A DNA stretch of 64,000 nucleotides from Veleropilina oligotropha (taxonomy: Eukaryota). The stretch covers positions 1 to 64,000 of the forward strand of contig JBEUKZ010000137.1 of assembly GCA_048128005.1 (NCBI GenBank), read 5' to 3'. Of the stretch, positions 11,001-24,088 are shown one piece after another; the first letter of the stretch is position 1; each line of letters begins with the position of its first letter. Under the pieces are notes generated by a model, which saw only the letters and a list, made by a program, of their open reading frames with translations, was not told where the DNA came from and did not search any database. A program made the translations under genes and the position numbers.

Positions 11001-11757
11001 AGGAGCAGCCGCTGTCACTGGCAGACAATGTTTTCAAAACCGTCTGCCAGGCAGCGCGACTATTTATACTGCAGAACTAAAAGCAATCGAGCTTGCTCTT
11101 AATTTTATCTCTACAAGTACTAAACGGCGTTTTATTATCTATTCAGACTCCCTCTCTAGCTTACAAGCACTCAGGGAGATGAATAGAAATGTTATTGTTC
11201 AGGAAATTTTATTAAACTATAACAACCTTTTACCTGACAATGACATTGTTTTATGCTGGATACCGAGCCATATCGGTATCCAAGGCAATGAGAAGGCTGA
11301 CCAAGCTGCCAAGGCAGCCTCACATTTTAACAATATACTAAATTGTAAACTACCACACTCAGATTTTAAACAAAGCATAAACAAATATATAAATTCTACT
11401 TGGCAGCACTCTTGGAGTGAATGCACAAGGAATAAACTGCAGAATGTCCAACCTCTTCTTGGTGACTGGGGACCCTCTCGCAGGCCATCTCGGCGAGAGG
11501 AGGTCGTCTTGGCCAGACTGAGAATTGGGCATTCTCACTACACTCACTCCTACTTGCTTAAAGGGGAGCCTCCACCTGAGTGTATTCCTTGTGCAACTGC
11601 CCTAACAATTAAACATATATTATTGGATTGTGTCGATTTGGATCTCGCACGCCAAATGTATTTTAGGGCAAATTCACTCCAAGAGTTATTTAATCTTAAT
11701 AAGCTCGAAGCCGTATTTGAATTTTTAAAACAGGTAAATATTTTCCATAAGTTATAA
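8074..11757 (+). CDS. LINE ORF2: AP endonuclease, reverse transcriptase, RNase H, C-terminal CCHC finger (1227 aa, uninterrupted)
   Basis: QWNCRG, GDFNAH, SDHFPI (APE); YRPIAL, FFDLEKAYD, GVPQGS, FVDD (RT); IYTDGS, TAELKAI, SDSLS, WIPSHIGIQGNEKAD (RNase H); CIPC..HILLDC. Confidence 0.97.
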   Translation: MTGTLIQWNCRGIKPNIDEINLLIQDHKPIAFCLNETYMKLTDNIRIKDHSLYNHIVTTGDKATGGVSIIVSNRTPHSQVNLNTNLQAVAVKISTHRVITICSVYLPPSINIHPTDLDDLINQLPTPFVLCGDFNAHSTDWGGTDTDKRGHQIEDFIGRHNLCLFNTTKSPTYMHPPTGSLTTIDLTMCDPSAFLDFTWKVGEDLRGSDHFPIFLESTINQAQIYTERWKLRKADWTKFQSLCEEQLHPDHLTNGEDPISSFSITLHDIATLSIPKTCPNAKHKNKPWFNEDCRQAIKARIHAISTFKQHPTLQNLNSFRLLRAQARRTIKHSKRESWHSYVTKLNSRSTIKKTWDMIRKISGKHTPNCIKHLKTNTSEATTAKDIANTLADTFSANSSSDNCTPKFSRFKHQKEKTRLNFRSNNTESYNQPFSHKELTDSLNKAHDTSVGPDDIHYQLLKHLPGTSLTTLLAIFNTIWETGTFPPSWREATIIPIAKAGKDTSHSNSYRPIALTSCICKTMERMINERLVWYLESNNLLTEYQCGFRRNRSTTDHLVRLETFVREAFLNRQHLVAVFFDLEKAYDTTWKYGVMNDLFDFGLKGHLPNFISKFLEDRNFQVKVGDALSDIHDQEMGVPQGSILSVTLFSIKINSIVKCISTGTDCSLFVDDFGICYRSTNMNSIERQLQHGLNKLQIWSDENGFKFSKDKTKCMHFCQRREIHDDPVLKLDDFEIPVVDQFKFLGLIFDRKLSFIPHLKYIKAKCKKALNLMKVVSNTEWGADKKVLLRLYRSLIRSKLDYGSIVYGSARHSYLKMLDPIHNQGLRLALGAFRTSPMESLYVEANEPSLTLRREKLSLQYAIKLKSNPSNPAFETVYTPNYVNLFQAKPNKIAPFGIRIKPALENAGIHVGQIKTIHIPDTPPWTLKVPVIDLQLTSLKKSNTDTSDYLIKVHYLKLKYSDRASIYTDGSKDAELVGAAAVTGRQCFQNRLPGSATIYTAELKAIELALNFISTSTKRRFIIYSDSLSSLQALREMNRNVIVQEILLNYNNLLPDNDIVLCWIPSHIGIQGNEKADQAAKAASHFNNILNCKLPHSDFKQSINKYINSTWQHSWSECTRNKLQNVQPLLGDWGPSRRPSRREEVVLARLRIGHSHYTHSYLLKGEPPPECIPCATALTIKHILLDCVDLDLARQMYFRANSLQELFNLNKLEAVFEFLKQVNIFHKL

Positions 11758-14700
11758 TTTTATTTATACTTTTATTTCCTTTATGACTAAATTCTACATA
11801 AATTTCTTTTATTTTATTATACTATTTTATTATTATACTCGTTTTTAGCAAACATTTGATCTTATTTTTATCCAAATTTGCATTGTGTTTATTTTACTTG
11901 TAAATATATTGAATTGTTTTTATTATTTATCACATATGTTTATTGCATTGATATTTTATTAGTAAATATATATCTCAACTTTTAACTTTTTATATTAAAC
12001 TATTGTATAATTAACTTGACCGACCCGATTATGACCATTAGTGTCGGCGTGGTCGTTAAACATCAAATCAAAATCAAATCAAACAAATATTAATATTTTG
12101 TCTGAAAAATCATATGAAATGGTCAAAGGTCATAACTGAAAGGTCAAAGAACATTCCAGTAAAATTTGGCCCAGGTGCACAACTACATTGTACAGTGATT
12201 ATGAATGCAGTGTCGATGAACTATGCTCAGCAGGTTGACAGGAATAGTCTGGACAAATTAATAATGGACAATAGACAGCTGATGCAGTAAAGAACACTGT
12301 CAGGCAAATAGATCATGACATCAGAAAAATTCATACTTCGGAAAAGTACCGGTACCTTTTTCACAACAAGAATGGTCTCCGACTTTCGTCCCTTCCCCTT
12401 TTCAAATGCCGTTCTTTTCTCAATCTCTCGCAACAAATGGATACTTTTCACATCATCCGATCCCTGAAAGAATTTATACTAAATTATATGATTTCCAAAT
12501 CAAACAGACATCGTTCGATTCAAGAATTATCGATATAAAATATAATTGAATAAATATTCCAATTTAATGATATATTTATATTAGTGTATTTGAAGTTATA
12601 TCAAATCGAATATACATATTAACAATCCCTGCACAATGTTGAATGTAAAAGCCAGTAGATAGTTAAGCTATAAAAGGAAAGGATCGATGCTTTATTTCCC
12701 GTATATTTCCAACCATCAATTGGTTAAAACCAGGACATGTCCATATTATCGCGGGAGGAAAGCCATATGTATTATAAACATGCATCTATTTGATTATGTT
12801 GTGTGTAAATAATATCATTATTGTAACGTTGTGTATATATTTTATTGACATGAATTTGACACGATAAATAAAATAATAATAATGAAGCATTTGTTTTGTT
12901 GTCGCCTTAATTCTATGGGAGTCTTCTAGAGCTTCATGGTGGCACTTCATATGTTGGTCTACAATGTTTTCATCTGTGTAAATAAACAGAACGAGATTAT
13001 TATATAATATGTAGTCACTGAGTCTGTATGTCATTTGAAGCGAAATCCTCACATACTATTAATTTGAGTCTTATTCTTTAGCTGAAATGTTACTTAATTA
13101 GGGCCGCTTAATTAAGCCCCTTAATTGCACAGTTATTAATGAGTTTATTTATGTATATTCAGGAATATTAATTAATACATTCAAGTCTCATGTACACGAT
13201 GATCATATCGACCTCTATTGCATATTATGATATAGTTGAGATTAATATAATATTAAACTTTATACGTGTATGTGAATGCGAAATGTATGTGGGTCGAATT
13301 GCCATATTTCGAATTGACTGGGAAAAGTTGCTGATGTAATGTCGGTAATTTAAAAAGAGCCAATATCGCGTATTTTTATGTAGACAACGATATAACAACT
13401 TCGAAACAATTCGCAGCAACTTCGAAACGTGTTAGAGCATCTCTAGGTAGCATTTTAAATCTATAATGGCTTCATTGTGCCTTCATTTGGGTTCATTGTG
13501 CCTTCATTTGGGTTCATTTGTGTTATTATACTTCATTTGGGTTCATTTGGGTGTTTCGTAGGACCGGCATATCGGACCCAGACTAAATCGGACACTATAT
13601 CGGCCACAAACCGAATCGCTCACAATTTACTTATAGTCCAGTCAATCTACGGTTCAAACTAATTGCAAAAGAATTCATGCTAATATTATATTGGAATAAC
13701 TTACTAAGGCCAAATAAAATTATATGTGTGTTTCCTATTACATTGTCAAATAAATAGGTAGGGTAGGTAGGTGGGTGAAATGTTTTTTGTGTGAAATATT
13801 TTTACTACCAATTTACTAGTAGAGAGGACAACTGAATTACATATTTTAGAGTTCCAAGTTTTTTAGACCAAATAACACAATGTCAACTGTAATACCAGTC
13901 TTTATAACGCTTATAATCCCATTCATTACTTGGGAACGGGTTTTACTTGCCTGCCATGAAGCCCGAAACTTGCCTGAATTTAGAGTAATACCTGTGATGC
14001 CCGTATGCGGAAGTAGTGGCCCAGGTTGTTCCGCGGTGAATAAACATGCTATAAAGCATTCCCAAATGAACGTAAAACAGCTGTGTCACATAAGAGAACG
14101 TCATTATAAAATCAAATAGCATTTTTTGTCATATCTATATTTATTTGGATACAGCAATTACGAAGTAAATGTTACCGAAAAATGAATGCCAGCACCGAGT
14201 TCAATAGTTCTGATTTAAAGAATAGCATAGTTTTGATAATCACGTGACCTGACAATCATATTTGACTACAGGAGTTCGATGTAACACTAAATTACATATT
14301 AGTCTCTGGCGGTAAAACCGTGAATGCACATATAATAATTATTTTAAATTTGTATTTACAAGAATGTATCCTTAATGTTTACAAATATATATGGTTGCAC
14401 TTGAGCCTATGCAAATTTCTGCTTTGGTCGGGATGAGATCTATTGTTAGTAGCGAATATTTAGCATTGATATATGTCATCATTTTCGTATTTTTACAACT
14501 TTATAACTAATAAAAAACAGGTATAAGCACTGTATAAATACTGATTGTGTGTTGTGTCATCGAATTTAGCAGGTTTTTGTGATGCAGTCTCGGATAATAG
14601 TTACGTTCTCATTTATGATAAGCAAACCAGGAAGCGGCCGTTGAATCTGCAGTTGAACAAAATAACCCAAAGCAAAATTTGTCAACTTTGACGGCGTGCG

Positions 14701-15209
14701 CGCTACTCAAATCCTGCTTTAATCATCGTAGTTAAAGACGGTAAATATGTAAAATGTTATTTTCTTGTTGAAATTCTGAAAACCGTGTTCATTTGAACAA
14801 TATAGAAATTTACAGACGATTAATATTTGAGTATTTTTTTAAGAATTCTTATTTTATTCGCGAATGTGCATTAAAGGAAAGCATGGGGGGTCAGTCATTT
14901 TGTACATTTAATTCAGCTGTGCTAATGGTTGGCATATAGAGCTGTTAACGTTTATGTAAACTGTATATAAACATAGTGTATGGTGCGGGACTGTGACGAC
15001 TTCCGGGTAAACAGCGCTCATCTTGCATGGAATTTCTCAATGTTACACGATGTTTCAGAGGAAATTTTATATAAGCAGAACTGCTGTTACTTAAGAATCT
15101 TAGAGTGGTTGGTGAGATTGTAATGTGTAATAACACTGTATTTAATTTAAATGGTAATGCAAGGCAAAATAAGAGTACTTTTATACTGTTTGATATATTT
15201 GTTTTAGTC

Positions 15210-16610
15210 CAAAATAGTGGTCGATCGAGTAGTAGGGGGGCCCCTTTTGTCCTCTCTATTACTAGGAAGACAGTCAATAGGTCGCGCCCTAATGACTGTT
15301 TCGTAGTTTGTCATCAGAATATATATAAGAAATAGTGATTGTTTCGTACTTTGTCATCAGGATATACCGTTCATAAGAAAAACATAATTCATACTTTGGA
15401 AGTTTGTTATCAGGATATATATAATGTGAACCTTCATCGAAAACGTAATTTACTTGCGTCGTAAATTCCTTTTCACTGCTTTAAATGTTTAAATGATTGT
15501 TTACAGATCGGAAGCTTGTCAATAAATAATTTTGTATCGTAATAAAAGTGTTAATTGTCATTAAAATGATATGGCCATGTAATTATTATAATACAAAAAA
15601 AATAAAACCAACCATAAAAGAATAAAATACGATATTTACCAAACATGATATATTAGTAAATAATTAAAACAGTAAAAAATATATATTACGCAAATAATCA
15701 GAAAGGTAGGCTAATTGGATAGAGCTAATGAATAACCCTTTATTGACATGTAAAAAATAATATAGCCTATAGGAAAACGCTTTAAACAAAACGATTAATT
15801 AAAAAAATGACAAAATACGATATTTACATAACATGATTCATTATACAAATACGGATGTAAAAATGCATCTTACGAAACTAATCAGAATAATAAAATATGT
15901 TAATATGAAAATACAACCCTTGATTTGCATGTAAAAAAAAATGTAGGAAAACGACTGGGAAACAAGTTATTTTTAACAAAAAAAGATGAAAAAATACAAT
16001 ATTTACATATATACACTATATTTCCATATATACACAATATTTATATATATAATATATACATCTGCATCGGCAAAAACAATTTCTACTCTGTTTGCAACGG
16101 CGCCACACGACATATGCTTTTCAATGTCTGCCTTCCCGTTCTTTCCTTTGCGATAAGTCGGTCCCATGCGGCGAACAGGGTCTTCGTGTTGCGATTCGAT
16201 CGCTGTCGCCGCGTCACATGACTCCCGCAGAAGCTGCATCTCCATGTCCATGATCATAGATTCTTGAGCAAGCACATCAACAAGTACATGTTGAGGTCGC
16301 CCCTGCTTGCCCGACCGTTAAATCGTTGTTCGTTCTTATCGAACAGAAGAAGACAGACCTGCAAAGTACGATAATATTTCAAAATATCTTTCCAGGCAGA
16401 GGTACAACGAATTGCAAATATTATGATATTCCTAGTACAAAACTAAACGAATTGCAAATATTATGATATTCATAGTACAAAACTAAATGAATTGCAAATA
16501 CTATGAATATCCTAGTGCAAAACTAAATCTGCTTATGTTATTTATGTCAACTTACCATGTGGAGGGGGGCCACAGCGTACTCTCCACCCACGTTCTCAAA
16601 ATTTCAACGT
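15210..16610 (-). pseudogene. 3' fragment of a MULE transposon (last transposase exons, AT-rich 3' region and degenerate TIR)
   Basis: TWVESTLWPPSTW exon and last exon (SVFFCSIRT...GRASRGDLNMYLL...) are homologous to 43790-44290; the NNDVEGWH segment is deleted here. Confidence 0.75.
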
Positions 16611-16689
16611 CACCTACAAGACATGATATACAAGAAAGTATAAGAAGATTGGTACATTTAAAATGTTCACCTGTATTATCTTGCATTTT

Positions 16690-16955
16690 GAAAACTCCCC
16701 TAGGACAAAACACCCACGTACAATCGTACAAAACCCCTTTGGTCCAAATCATATGCCAGACAAAACCCTCATGTTCTATTTATTATAGTTTATATTTTCA
16801 TTATGACTTCTTTAGAATATGAAAATATAATATATTAAAATATAATATATATATTTCTTTAAAACAAGTCATAATGGACATATAAACTATAAAATAAAAC
16901 ATGGTGGTTTTGTCTGGTATATCATTTGGACCATGGGTTTTTTTGTCCTACATTC
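16690..16955. mobile_element. MITE-like element with inverted GACAAAACCC-type repeats
   Basis: TGGTCCAAATCATATGCCAGACAAAACCCTCATGTT (~16740-16775) inverted at ~16898-16933. Confidence 0.5.
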
Positions 16956-19900
16956 ATATCCATCATTTTCATACCAGAACATGCCCATATCATCAAGGAA
17001 TGGATGACATACGGTCGTCGAGGCTATCCCAGGTCAAAATAAAGTGGCGCTCTAGCAATTCAGCAATGCTTTTTCGGGACTAATTGCCTGCTAAATCCCT
17101 GCTTTATATTTCAGCATGAATTTAGTGGTCACTGAAATTATCTTGGCAGAATAGCTGGCAACTATTTTCCTGCTAAAATCACACTAAAAGCTTGCTGAAA
17201 ATTTCAGCAGTCACTAGATTCCTGTTGTATTGACTGTTTTTAAAATACAAACCAGCAGGATTTAAGCAGTCACTAAAATACTGCGGCGTCCACCTAAATA
17301 CCCACTGTAATAACACTAACTTTTCAAAGTTTGCAATGATGCACTAAAATCCTGCTGTATCGACTTGGTTTAATTTTCTGCATAATGATCATATTAATGA
17401 CACAAATTTCATTAAAATTTATATTATGTATTCACAATAACATTATAACACATAGTAGTTTGTAAACAGACAATCATGGCAAAATTATTCATATAGACAT
17501 GGGTATATAAGGGTTCTTTGTCTTTGCATTGCATGAACATATTAATAATACTGGATGAAAGAAGTACAATTTTAAGCTTTTAGTTACAACTTACAATTCT
17601 TACCTTATAAATACCACAACATCCACTAGACATAAAATGATATAGTACATGTATATGCTGTAAATTACAGGAAACTTCACCTTGTAGCAAGTTATAGTAT
17701 GCAAAAAAGTCGTAATTATAATCCATTTTATGATATTGTCTCACTTTGAACAGATTATCAATCAAGTATTATAATAAAATACATGTCATTACTGATTAAC
17801 CCAAAATAGCAAACCAGGAGGTCCCTGGGATAATTTTTCCAGTAAATTCGATAAGAATTTTATTGACCATTTTTTATCGTCGATTTCGTCATATACAAAT
17901 AACCCATTACTGTTCGTGTCAGCGGAATCAAGGCAATGATTTTCGGAGTCGGCATCCAAATCCACAAGACTGTCAGATCTGCCTTTTGGGTGTGCTGATG
18001 TGTATAAGTTAGGCATATATATATAATACAAATTGTTATTAATACGAGTCGAGGATTGCGCAAAACTGAAAATATAACTAATTTAAGCATGTGCATTACT
18101 CCCTTTCAACAGAATTTGGCGAGGTTGATGTAAATACATATTTACCTCCAGGATGTTTCATACATACGCACAATTGATTTATCTCTGAAACATGTATGAC
18201 AACAAAATGACTGGTTTCCTCATGCAGCTGTATGTGAACAATGTCTCGCAAGTTAATGTCTTCACTTCTTACATTGTCCAATTTATTTACAAGTGCAACG
18301 TAATGACAACAGCCCTCATCGGTTGTGCATTTGAAGAAGCACTGTACAAGGCCAAAGTTATTGTTTCCATACATTACTGTATAACTGTTGTGTCTCTTCA
18401 CTCGAGAGTAAGCCATGCTCTGTATTAACCTATTGTGAATTGAAACTCGATATAATGCTTGCATGGATTGCAGATTTCCTATCTTGCTATTGATTAAATT
18501 CTGCTTATCCTCAGATAATACAACATTCTCATCAATGCTACCTATGACATGTACTCCAGGAGTAATATGTTCTCCACCAGAGAGATGACCACGCTTTCTT
18601 CGATAAAGGGATAAATAAAATTTATGAGCTTCCATGTTACCACTAATGATGTGTTGCAACTGTGGCAGCTTCTGTTGTACACAAACAGCCATCATTACCT
18701 GGTCTTGAACATTTGAAGTTCCATGAAACAATGAGCGCAGGTCTCCATTCAGGTCTTCAAAGAAAAAGCAAGAATTGGCCCACCAGGGACCCAAATCTTC
18801 TACTTTCTGGCAGCGATGCAGAAGGGAATGAACATTAAATGTCAGGTATCTGGCACCATACAACTCATCGATGTTCAAACAAAATAATTGAATCATTCTT
18901 TGTGCTTTCTTCAAGTCGTTTCGAGAAATGGATTGAGAGAGAAAGATGTAAGTAGCCTGCGATAACAGAATAAAATGAAGGAAGTATTCTTCTGGCAGGT
19001 GTCCATATAATACTGGGAAGGAAAAGAACAATAAAAAAAGATCTCAGCTCGGATGCTTTCCACTGACCAATGTCTTCTAAAGATTTCGGCATCCTGTGAA
19101 TATAATTTGGAGGTTGAATCGATAGCATAATTTTGTCCAAGACTTTCACGTGAGAACGAAGTGACCATCTCTCAAGTCTGTGAGAGACATCGAACCAAAG
19201 ATTCAGAAGCATTTTAACCACACCTAGGAGAACACAGTGCATATAATCTACAGCTGTCCCTCGTATGATATCAAGCCCAGGAGCTGCAGCTAATGGGGAC
19301 ATTCCCTTGGTCCCTTTTATTGGAACTGGTTCTGCTCGACGACTGGTTTTATAATTGTTTTCTGCTTCACGAGCAATAATTAATGACTCATCATGCGTTC
19401 TTAAATCATGATGCCCAAGATTGACGTAGCCTTCTTCCATGTTGTAAGGGTATATATGGCTGCGACCTGCACCAGCTTTCATTCGATGACTTTCACCTGG
19501 AGTGTAGCAACAAGGGCAACCGTATGCACCATTAAACTGCATAACATCCAGCATTAGGCATCTTGCTGGAGCATCTGCTACCGCACTTAAAGTCAAAACT
19601 CGGACTAGCTTTTTGACATCTTTTAAATGCACCATTTTTCCTGTAGATAAAAGAACAAATTATTGTATATATTATATAAATACCAACAATAACAAAGAGT
19701 GCCATATGGTCTTTCACAAGCATGATGATCATGGTTACCCTAGATTGTATTGCCACACCATGGGCGTCGGAACCGGACCGGCAGTAATGTCACATTGATA
19801 TGATGTCACTGCATAGGAGCGTGGTACCACCCCCTTCATATTTGCTGGACCAATGTTAATTTGCTTACGACGCACACACAATATGAATTATATGAAGGAA

Positions 19901-20037
19901 ATTAGACTAGTACACAATTCTGCAGGGTCTAGTTAATACTGTAAGATGTTAAAACATAGCTATATTATTAGAAAACTTATAATATGTACACATTTTCGCC
20001 ATGGTTGTGCAGGAAAAGAACATGTTCTGAACTTTAA

Positions 20038-20278
20038 AGGGTCACTTGCACGGTTTTACGTCGAGGAAAATGACAGCCTCCGTCATTTTCTAGAACGTGG
20101 CTGTACCTATTTATTGAACTCCTCTGTACGATACAGTGGCGGCTTGTGGCATAGATAACTACGCCCCAAGCCACCACTCTATCGTGCAGACAAGGAGTTC
20201 AATAAATAGGTACAGCTACGTTCTAGAAAAAGTGAGAGGCTGTCATTTTCCTCGAAGTACAACCGTGCAAGTGCCCCT
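20038..20278. mobile_element. Palindromic MITE with TTAA TSD (Kolobok-like AGG termini)
   Basis: TTAA|AGGGTCACTTGCACGGTT...AACCGTGCAAGTGCCCCT|TTAA; the two ~115-bp arms are near-perfect reverse complements. Confidence 0.75.
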
Positions 20279-20437
20279 TTAAGGGCGGAGCCAGGATTTT
20301 CCAATGGGGAGTCCAAATTTTAGGTTTAGGATATGCTAAGTCTATGATTCACGTGGAGGAGAGGTGTCATTCAGGAAAAAATGACAATTAACCAGTTGAC
20401 ATCTCCCTTCCTGCATTCTGAGAAGGCCTAGTCAGTA

Positions 20438-21647
20438 TTTTTATGCCCGCGCCGAAGGCCGAAGGGCATATTGTTTCTGCTCCGTCCGGCGTCACGGCGT
20501 CACGGCGTCCGGCGTCAACATTTTGGTTAAAGTTTTTCATTGAGTCTAATGGGCTGTTCAAGTGACCTTTTTGGCATATGTATGCTTTGATATTGGTTAA
20601 AGGGATGTCACCTGATTCTCTGGCAGTGATATTTAATAAAATTTATTATAATTTATGAAAATAAAGTGGTGTTTGTGGATATAGAAACTTGGGTGAATTT
20701 TAGGTTAAAGTTTTTGGTTAAAGTTTTTCATTGAGTGGATATGGGTTATTTAAGCTACATTTTGGCATATCTATACTTTGTTATTGGTTATATGGATATC
20801 ATCTGATACTTTGGAAATTATATTTAATAAAATTTAATATAATTAAAGGTAATATGGTAGCATTTTTGGACATATACATTTTGGTGAATTTTAAGTTTTT
20901 GGTTAAGTGAATTTGAGATTTTGGCATATATATGCTTTGTTATTGGTTATATGGATGTCATCATATACTCTGGCAATAATATTTAATAAAATTTAATTTA
21001 ATTAATTAAAATATGTTAATCTTTTCGGACATAGAAATTTGATAAACTATGTAATAATTATATTCATGTTAGGTGAATACTGTATATGATGAGTATGGTC
21101 CCAAGAGCTCAGATTCCTCTCTCCAAGGAAGAAACAACATCAGATTACTATGTGCAAAGCCTTCTGGATCTATATCTAAAAAATGCCGCTACTAATTTAA
21201 TTTTGAAGCAAAAAATATGCAACAAGTGTTTTTTGTAATAGTTTACACCACTTATCATAATAAGAAGGGTTTCGAAAAATATACAGAGAATTCCCACGGA
21301 ATTACCTAATAGCCCCACTATTTATTAGAACACTGCTGAAAGTGCTAAACATGGTTTTTATATGATAAAAACAAGCATTTGTTACCAGCTAGCCCACTGT
21401 GTGCAATGAGCTCAGTCGTGGGTGCCGGCTGGCTCAATGGATATATCAGATATTCTAGATTTTAAGTATAAATAGAAGTTTATGTGGACATTATTTGCAC
21501 TTATTTTAATACATATACTTATCCTATCACCTTTGATATATCACTAGCTATTTTGGCGGTGATATTGCAATTTATATGGTTATATTTAATATTATTTGGT
21601 GTCTACGCGAGGGCATTTTTGTGGCGTGCCACAACTTTATTCTAGTT
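20438..21647 (+). mobile_element. Helentron-associated non-autonomous element (pearl/DINE-1-like) with internal tandem core repeats
   Basis: TTTTTATGCCCGCG..AGGGCATA 5' hairpin, (CGGCGTC)n microsatellite, ~190-bp core repeats (TTTGGTTAAAGTTTTTCATTGAG), 3' GAGGGCAT plus TTGTGGC/GCCACAA hairpin, ending CTAGTT. Confidence 0.7.
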
Positions 21648-21960
21648 ACCATTAGTTTGTTATCAACCACATTTTCAACAAGTTCAACGAGAAAATGTTT
21701 CGTTACTAAGGGGTGATCATCATTGTGATATGACTGGATAGCTGCTAAAACGTGTTATAAAACAAATTATAATGTAGTAAAAAATATATTTATGAATTTC
21801 AAAAGGGATTGGCACCATTGTTTTACGACCACTTTTAGCAATTTTTCAGCTGCATCTTCCTTGATTGAAAGCTTCCATGCTAGTTACACAATGTGACATA
21901 CACTGGTTGTATAACAGTTACAGTTCTATTATACTAACGCACCTTCACAATGCAACTGAG

Positions 21961-24088
21961 GTGGGTGGGTGACACCCTCTCCGATATCCACGACCAGGAG
22001 ATGGGTGTCCCTCAAGGAAGTATTTTATCAGTCACCCTATTCAGTATTAAAATAAACAGTATCGTCAAATGTATTAGTACTGGCACTGACTGTTCATTGT
22101 TTGTTGACGATTTTGGCATTTGCTATCGTTCAACAAATATGAACAGTATAGAACGCCAGCTACAACATGGCCTAAATAAATTACAGATATGGTCCGATGA
22201 GAATGGATTCAAATTCTCAAAGGACAAAACTAAATGCATGCACTTCTGCCAGCGTCGTGAAATACATGACGACCCTGTGTTGAAGCTGGATGACTTTGAG
22301 ATTCCAGTGGTAGATCAATTTAAATTTTTAGGCCTTGTATTTGACCGAAAACTGTCTTTCATACCGCATTTAAAATACATTAAAGCTAAATGTAAAAAAG
22401 CTTTAAATTTAATGAAAGTAGTTTCTAATACTGAATGGGGTGCCGATAAAACAGTTTTATTACGACTATACAGATCATTAATTAGATCAAAACTTGATTA
22501 TGGGAGCATAGTATATGGCTCTGCTCGCCATTCATACCTTAAAATGCTTGATCCAATCCATAACCAAGGGCTTCGACTTGCACTGGGGGCTTTCCGCACA
22601 TCACCCATGGAAAGCCTCTATGTCGAAGCCAACGAACCATCTCTTACACTCAGACGTCAAAAATTATCACTACAATACGCAATAAAATTAAAATCAAATC
22701 CATCTAACCCTGCTTCGAAACTGTATTTACACCAAATTATGAACATCTATTTCAGGCAAAACCAAACAAAATTGCACCATTTGGCATCCGCATCAAACCA
22801 GCACTAGAAAACGCAGGCATACATGTAGGTCAAATTAAAACAAATCACATTCCGGATACTCCACCATGGACACTAAAAGTACCGGTAATTGATCTACAAC
22901 TTACATCACTCAAAAAATCGAACACAGACACATCAGATTATCTCATAAAAGTGCACGATCTGAAATTAAAATATTCAGATCGTGCAAGCATATACACAGA
23001 TGGTTCAAAAGATGCAGAATTAGTAGGAGCAGCCGCTGTCACTGGCAGACAATGTTTTCAAAACCGTCTGCCAGGCAGCGCGACTATATATACTGCAGAA
23101 CTAAAAGCAATCGAGTTTGCTCTTAATTTTATCTCTACAAGTACTAAACGGCGTTTTATTATCTATTCAGACTCCCTCTCTAGCTTACAAGCACTGAGGG
23201 AAATGAATAGAAATGTTATTGTTCAGGAAATTTTATTAAACTATAACAACCTTTTACCTGACAATGACATTGTTTTATGCTGGATACCGAGCCATATCGG
23301 TATCCAAGGCAATGAGAAGGCTGACCAAGCTGCCAAGGCAGCCTCACATTTTAACAATATACTAAATTGTAAACTACCACACTCAGATTTTAAACAAAGC
23401 ATAAACAAATATATAAATTCTACTTGGCAGCACTCTTGGAGTGAATGCACAAGGAATAAACTGCAGAATGTCCAACCTCTTGGTGACCCTCTTGCAGGCC
23501 ATCTCGGCGAGAGGAGGTCGTCTTGGCCAGACTGAGAATTGGGCATTCTCACTACACTCACTCCTACTTGCTTAAAGGGGAGCCTCCACCTGAGTGTATT
23601 CCTTGTGCAACCGCCCTAACAATTAAACATATATTATTGGATTGTGTCGATTTGGATCTCGCACGCCAAAGGTATTTTAGGGCAAATTCACTCCAAGAGT
23701 TATTTAATCTTAATAAGCTCGAAGCCGTATTTGAATTTTTAAAACAGGTAAATATTTTCCATAAGTTATAATTTTATTTATACTTTTATTTCCTTTATGA
23801 CTAAATTTACATAAATTTATTTATTTTATTATTATACTATTTTATTATTATACTCGGTTTTAGCAAACATTTGATCTTATTTTTATCCGAATATGCATTG
23901 TGTTTATTTTACTTGTAAATATATTGAATTGTTTTTATTATTTATCACATATGTTTTATTGCATTGATATTTTATTAGTAAATATATATCTCAACTTTTA
24001 ACTTTTTATATTAAACTATTGTATAATTAACTTGACCGACCCGATTATGACCATTAGTGTCGGCGTGGTCGTTAAACATCAAATCAAA
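21961..24088 (+). mobile_element. 5'-truncated family A LINE, copy A2 (RT C-terminal half and RNase H, frameshifted)
   Basis: Collinear with A1 from VGDTLSD to the tail; TSD GCAACTGA at 21952-21959 and 24089-24096; inserted into an EnSpm transposase exon. Confidence 0.93.

Larger units (their letters stand above)
5947..12080 (+). mobile_element. Full-length I-group (I/Nimb-like) LINE, family A copy A1
   Basis: Structured 5' leader, ORF1, intact ORF2, T-rich 3' UTR, 3' stem-loop, (AAATC)n tail; TSD TCAAACAAATATT at 5934-5946 and 12079-12091. Confidence 0.95.
4543..12463 (-). pseudogene. Spliced EnSpm/CACTA accessory gene (SAMD3-like C-terminus); exons 12463-12356 and 4869-4543, probable further exon near 12973-12890
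   Basis: Phase-0 GT..AG junction joins ...SETILVVKK to DVPEEDIEK...; last exon has ALLYLVLLYYITDLQYP, typical of EnSpm-associated ORFs; ends just inside the CACTA terminus. LINE A1 sits in the intron. Confidence 0.6.
2213..13566. mobile_element. MULE-like DNA transposon defined by long TIRs with internal (AATGAACCCA/AATGAAGGCAC) subrepeats; interior filled by nested TEs
   Basis: 2213-2385 (GGTCCTACGAAACACCCAAATG...) is the reverse complement of ~13415-13565; a second inverted block lies at 2406-2435 vs 13148-13178. Imperfect 9-bp flanking match CCCTATCGG / GCATATCGG. Confidence 0.65.

Noticed and set aside
6641..11547. Many short antisense and alternate-frame ORFs within LINE copies
   Set aside because: Shadows of ORF1/ORF2 with no recognisable domains, repeated only because the copies are similar.
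13706..15200. Possible DNA-transposon end (TAAGGCCAAATAAAA...GGTAGGGTAGG) and following region
   Set aside because: No partner inverted repeat, TSD or coding signal found in the window.
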